In this document: in pieces, positions 61,882-64,000 of the stretch
Layout: each line of letters begins with the position of its first letter
How positions within the stretch are numbered: the first letter of the stretch is position 1
Made by a program: the position numbers and the translations under genes
NCBI GenBank assembly: GCA_963823665.1
Contig: CAWGMQ010000006.1
Span: 1,472,001 to 1,536,000 of the forward strand
Length of the DNA stretch: 64,000 bases
Direction: 5' to 3'
DNA from: an uncultured Planctomycetota bacterium
GTDB taxonomy: Bacteria > Planctomycetota > Planctomycetia > Isosphaerales > Isosphaeraceae
Notes under the pieces: generated by a model
The model's input: the letters and a program-made list of their open reading frames with translations, nothing else
What the model was told of the DNA's origin: nothing
Database searches by the model: none

Positions 61882-64000
61882 TCACCAGCCGAGACCGACT
61901 TCGGCCAAGCGATGCTGGACTTCGTCCAGATCGCAGACGACGACGCTGCCGTCGGCGTTGCCCCAGGCCACTTGTCGGCCGTCGGGGCTGAACCGGGTCT
62001 CAAGGGAGCCCACCTCAGAATCAGTGGCGACCTGAAGCAAAGGCGACCTGAGCTCTCGGTCATAGATTGAATAGATCAGGCATCGATCCGCCGTTCCGGC
62101 GTGGGCGATCCCGAGCCAACGCCTTGCACCCGGGCTCAGGCATTTCGGGCCCTTGTCGAGGCTGCCTAACACCGCGCGGGTGGGCATCTCCAGCAGGATC
62201 GTGCGACCTTCGTCGCTGAAGCTGAGGACCTTGCCGGTCGGGTCGAACTGGAACGACATGCCGACATCCAGGCTTGCCCGTGATGGTAACGTCCAGAGTT
62301 TCTCACCGGTGACGGCATCGTAGAGGTTCATGGAACGGCTGTCGCCGTTGGGGCCACCGATTCCGCCGACCACAAAATACTTTCCGTCGGGGGCGGCCCG
62401 CGATTGATGGACGTGCCGGTTGAAGTCCGTGATGGTGAGGAGCGGTTCCTTCGGCCGGTCGCCAAGCAAGTTGCGAAGCCGCAGTACCCGCGGGTGATCC
62501 GCCGGGCTCGTTGAGCCGTCGGGCGCGGTCTTGCCGTCTCTCGTTTCCATACGGAGCAGCATAAGCTGGTTGGGCTCGCGGAAAACCAGCGTGTCCGATA
62601 AGCCATCGGGCAGAGTCCAGGCTCCCAGTTCCTCGCCCGTTTCGGTGTCCCACAGCTTCGCCTCACGGCCGGCGGAGAAAGCGAAGCGTCGCCCGTCGGG
62701 ACTGAAGGCCAGGGCGGAACTGTCCGCGACCAATCCCTGAGGACCTTCCAGCACGCCGCGAAGTCGGCCGGAACCCCGGTCCCAAATCGCGACTCGAAAA
62801 TCCTGGGAGACCCCCGCGACGAGCCGTCCGTCGGGGGAGAAGATCGTCTTCTCGACCTGCCCCCTCAGTCCACGGAGGGTGCGGATGCCACGTCCTTCCA
62901 CCAATTCGTAGACGTCGACGCCCCCCGGGTAACCGAAGGCGGCCCGACTGCCGACGGCCAGCCTCGTGCCGTCCGGCGAGAACGCCACCGAGGTCATGAC
63001 GTTTCTGGGGTCCAGTTCGAGGAGCAACCGTCCCGTGGCGACATCCCAGAGCCTAGCCCGATCCCGGCCCGCCGAGGCCAGGGTCGCACCGTCGGGGCTG
63101 AAGGCGATGGCATGGACGTCGTAGTGTGAGCCGCGGCAATACGTCGTCGGAACCCTCTTCCCGATGTCCCAAACCGTCACCGTGCCGCCGGCATCCCCGC
63201 ACGCCATCAACCAATGCGCCGGGGCGGTTGTCCGGCCGGAGCGACCGGGAACCGGGCCGAAGGCTATGCTCCGAATGGGAGTCGACCCCGAACCGAACGT
63301 CGCAAGAGGAGCAGACTCCGGCATCGACCAGAGTCGGATGTGCCCGGTCTCGTCCCAGGCGATGAGCAGGCTTGCATCCGGCGAGAAAGCGAGGTCAGCC
63401 GCTTGAAAATCGATCCTGGGCATTATTCGACCCGACGATGCCTCCCAGACGAGGAGGTTTCGCTTGCCCGCGGCCGGCTCCACCACCGCGCCGACGTAGG
63501 TCCCCTCGGGCGAGAGGGCGTAGGCCTTGAGCCTCGCTGCATCATCGAGCAACGGGAACACCCTGACCACCTGCTTGCCGGCATCCCAGAGCTGGAGCAA
63601 AAATCGGCCGGTTTTCGCGTCCCTGGTTGTCCCCAGTTGCAGGAGGGTCCCGTCGGCACGGAACGCGAACGGGCCCTCCATCGAGGGGCCTTGCATCTCG
63701 ATGTGGCCCGTCGTCCGATCCCAGGTCCTGAGTTTCTCCCCGCCTCCCCCAATCCACAGCCGTTTGCCGTCGGGATCGAACGACAGCGAGGATGTGGGGG
63801 TTGCCATCCGCTTAACCGGGCGGGCGTCGATGCCGATCAGCGTGGCGGCGACTTGCCGCTGGAACGAACCGGCGTCGCCGGGCTCTAGTCGCGCAGCCTT
63901 GCGGACCAGGCTCCAAGCATCGGCCGACCAGCCGGTGAAGTGGGGTGTCAGCCGAATGCGAAGGATTTGCTGCATCAACGATTCATAACGACTTTCTCGT
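61882..64000 (-). CDS. WD40-repeat protein, 5' end off the window (probably the C-terminus of a Ser/Thr kinase)
   Basis: Repeated AFSPDG..WD; frame stays open to base 64000 (RESRYESLMQQ). Confidence 0.88.
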   Translation of the reverse strand, partial: RESRYESLMQQILRIRLTPHFTGWSADAWSLVRKAARLEPGDAGSFQRQVAATLIGIDARPVKRMATPTSSLSFDPDGKRLWIGGGGEKLRTWDRTTGHIEMQGPSMEGPFAFRADGTLLQLGTTRDAKTGRFLLQLWDAGKQVVRVFPLLDDAARLKAYALSPEGTYVGAVVEPAAGKRNLLVWEASSGRIMPRIDFQAADLAFSPDASLLIAWDETGHIRLWSMPESAPLATFGSGSTPIRSIAFGPVPGRSGRTTAPAHWLMACGDAGGTVTVWDIGKRVPTTYCRGSHYDVHAIAFSPDGATLASAGRDRARLWDVATGRLLLELDPRNVMTSVAFSPDGTRLAVGSRAAFGYPGGVDVYELVEGRGIRTLRGLRGQVEKTIFSPDGRLVAGVSQDFRVAIWDRGSGRLRGVLEGPQGLVADSSALAFSPDGRRFAFSAGREAKLWDTETGEELGAWTLPDGLSDTLVFREPNQLMLLRMETRDGKTAPDGSTSPADHPRVLRLRNLLGDRPKEPLLTITDFNRHVHQSRAAPDGKYFVVGGIGGPNGDSRSMNLYDAVTGEKLWTLPSRASLDVGMSFQFDPTGKVLSFSDEGRTILLEMPTRAVLGSLDKGPKCLSPGARRWLGIAHAGTADRCLIYSIYDRELRSPLLQVATDSEVGSLETRFSPDGRQVAWGNADGSVVVCDLDEVQHRLAEVGLGW

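Overview
GC-rich bacterial DNA with a strongly planctomycete-like gene content (probably Isosphaeraceae, an inference): LE.R.LL-type leader secreted proteins, a dockerin, and several ECF sigma/Ser-Thr kinase pairs. It holds three ECF-kinase(TPR) modules plus a partial WD40 protein, an ECF/anti-sigma pair, and five LE.R.LL secreted proteins. It also holds a serine hydrolase-VanX fusion, a TPR-MBL-Zn-ribbon gene, SUFU and DinB genes, an M28 peptidase with an APC permease, and a RAYT transposase inside REP arrays. A nitrate/nitrite cluster comprises a NarX-type sensor with a FixJ-type regulator, a DmsB-DmsC-like fusion, a NasA-like reductase, NirB-NirD, NarK and nearby HemD. About a dozen single-base frameshifts in otherwise intact genes look like long-read errors. 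Features the ORF track misses: a copied ECF promoter and gene fragment in front of the TPR-MBL gene; a P1B ATPase lacking DKTGT and the N-domain; a promoter-hairpin-terminator leader; a twice-used ECF promoter; a 24% GC in-frame patch inside a GC-rich adhesin; several gene relics. No rRNA, tRNA or CRISPR array was recognised.
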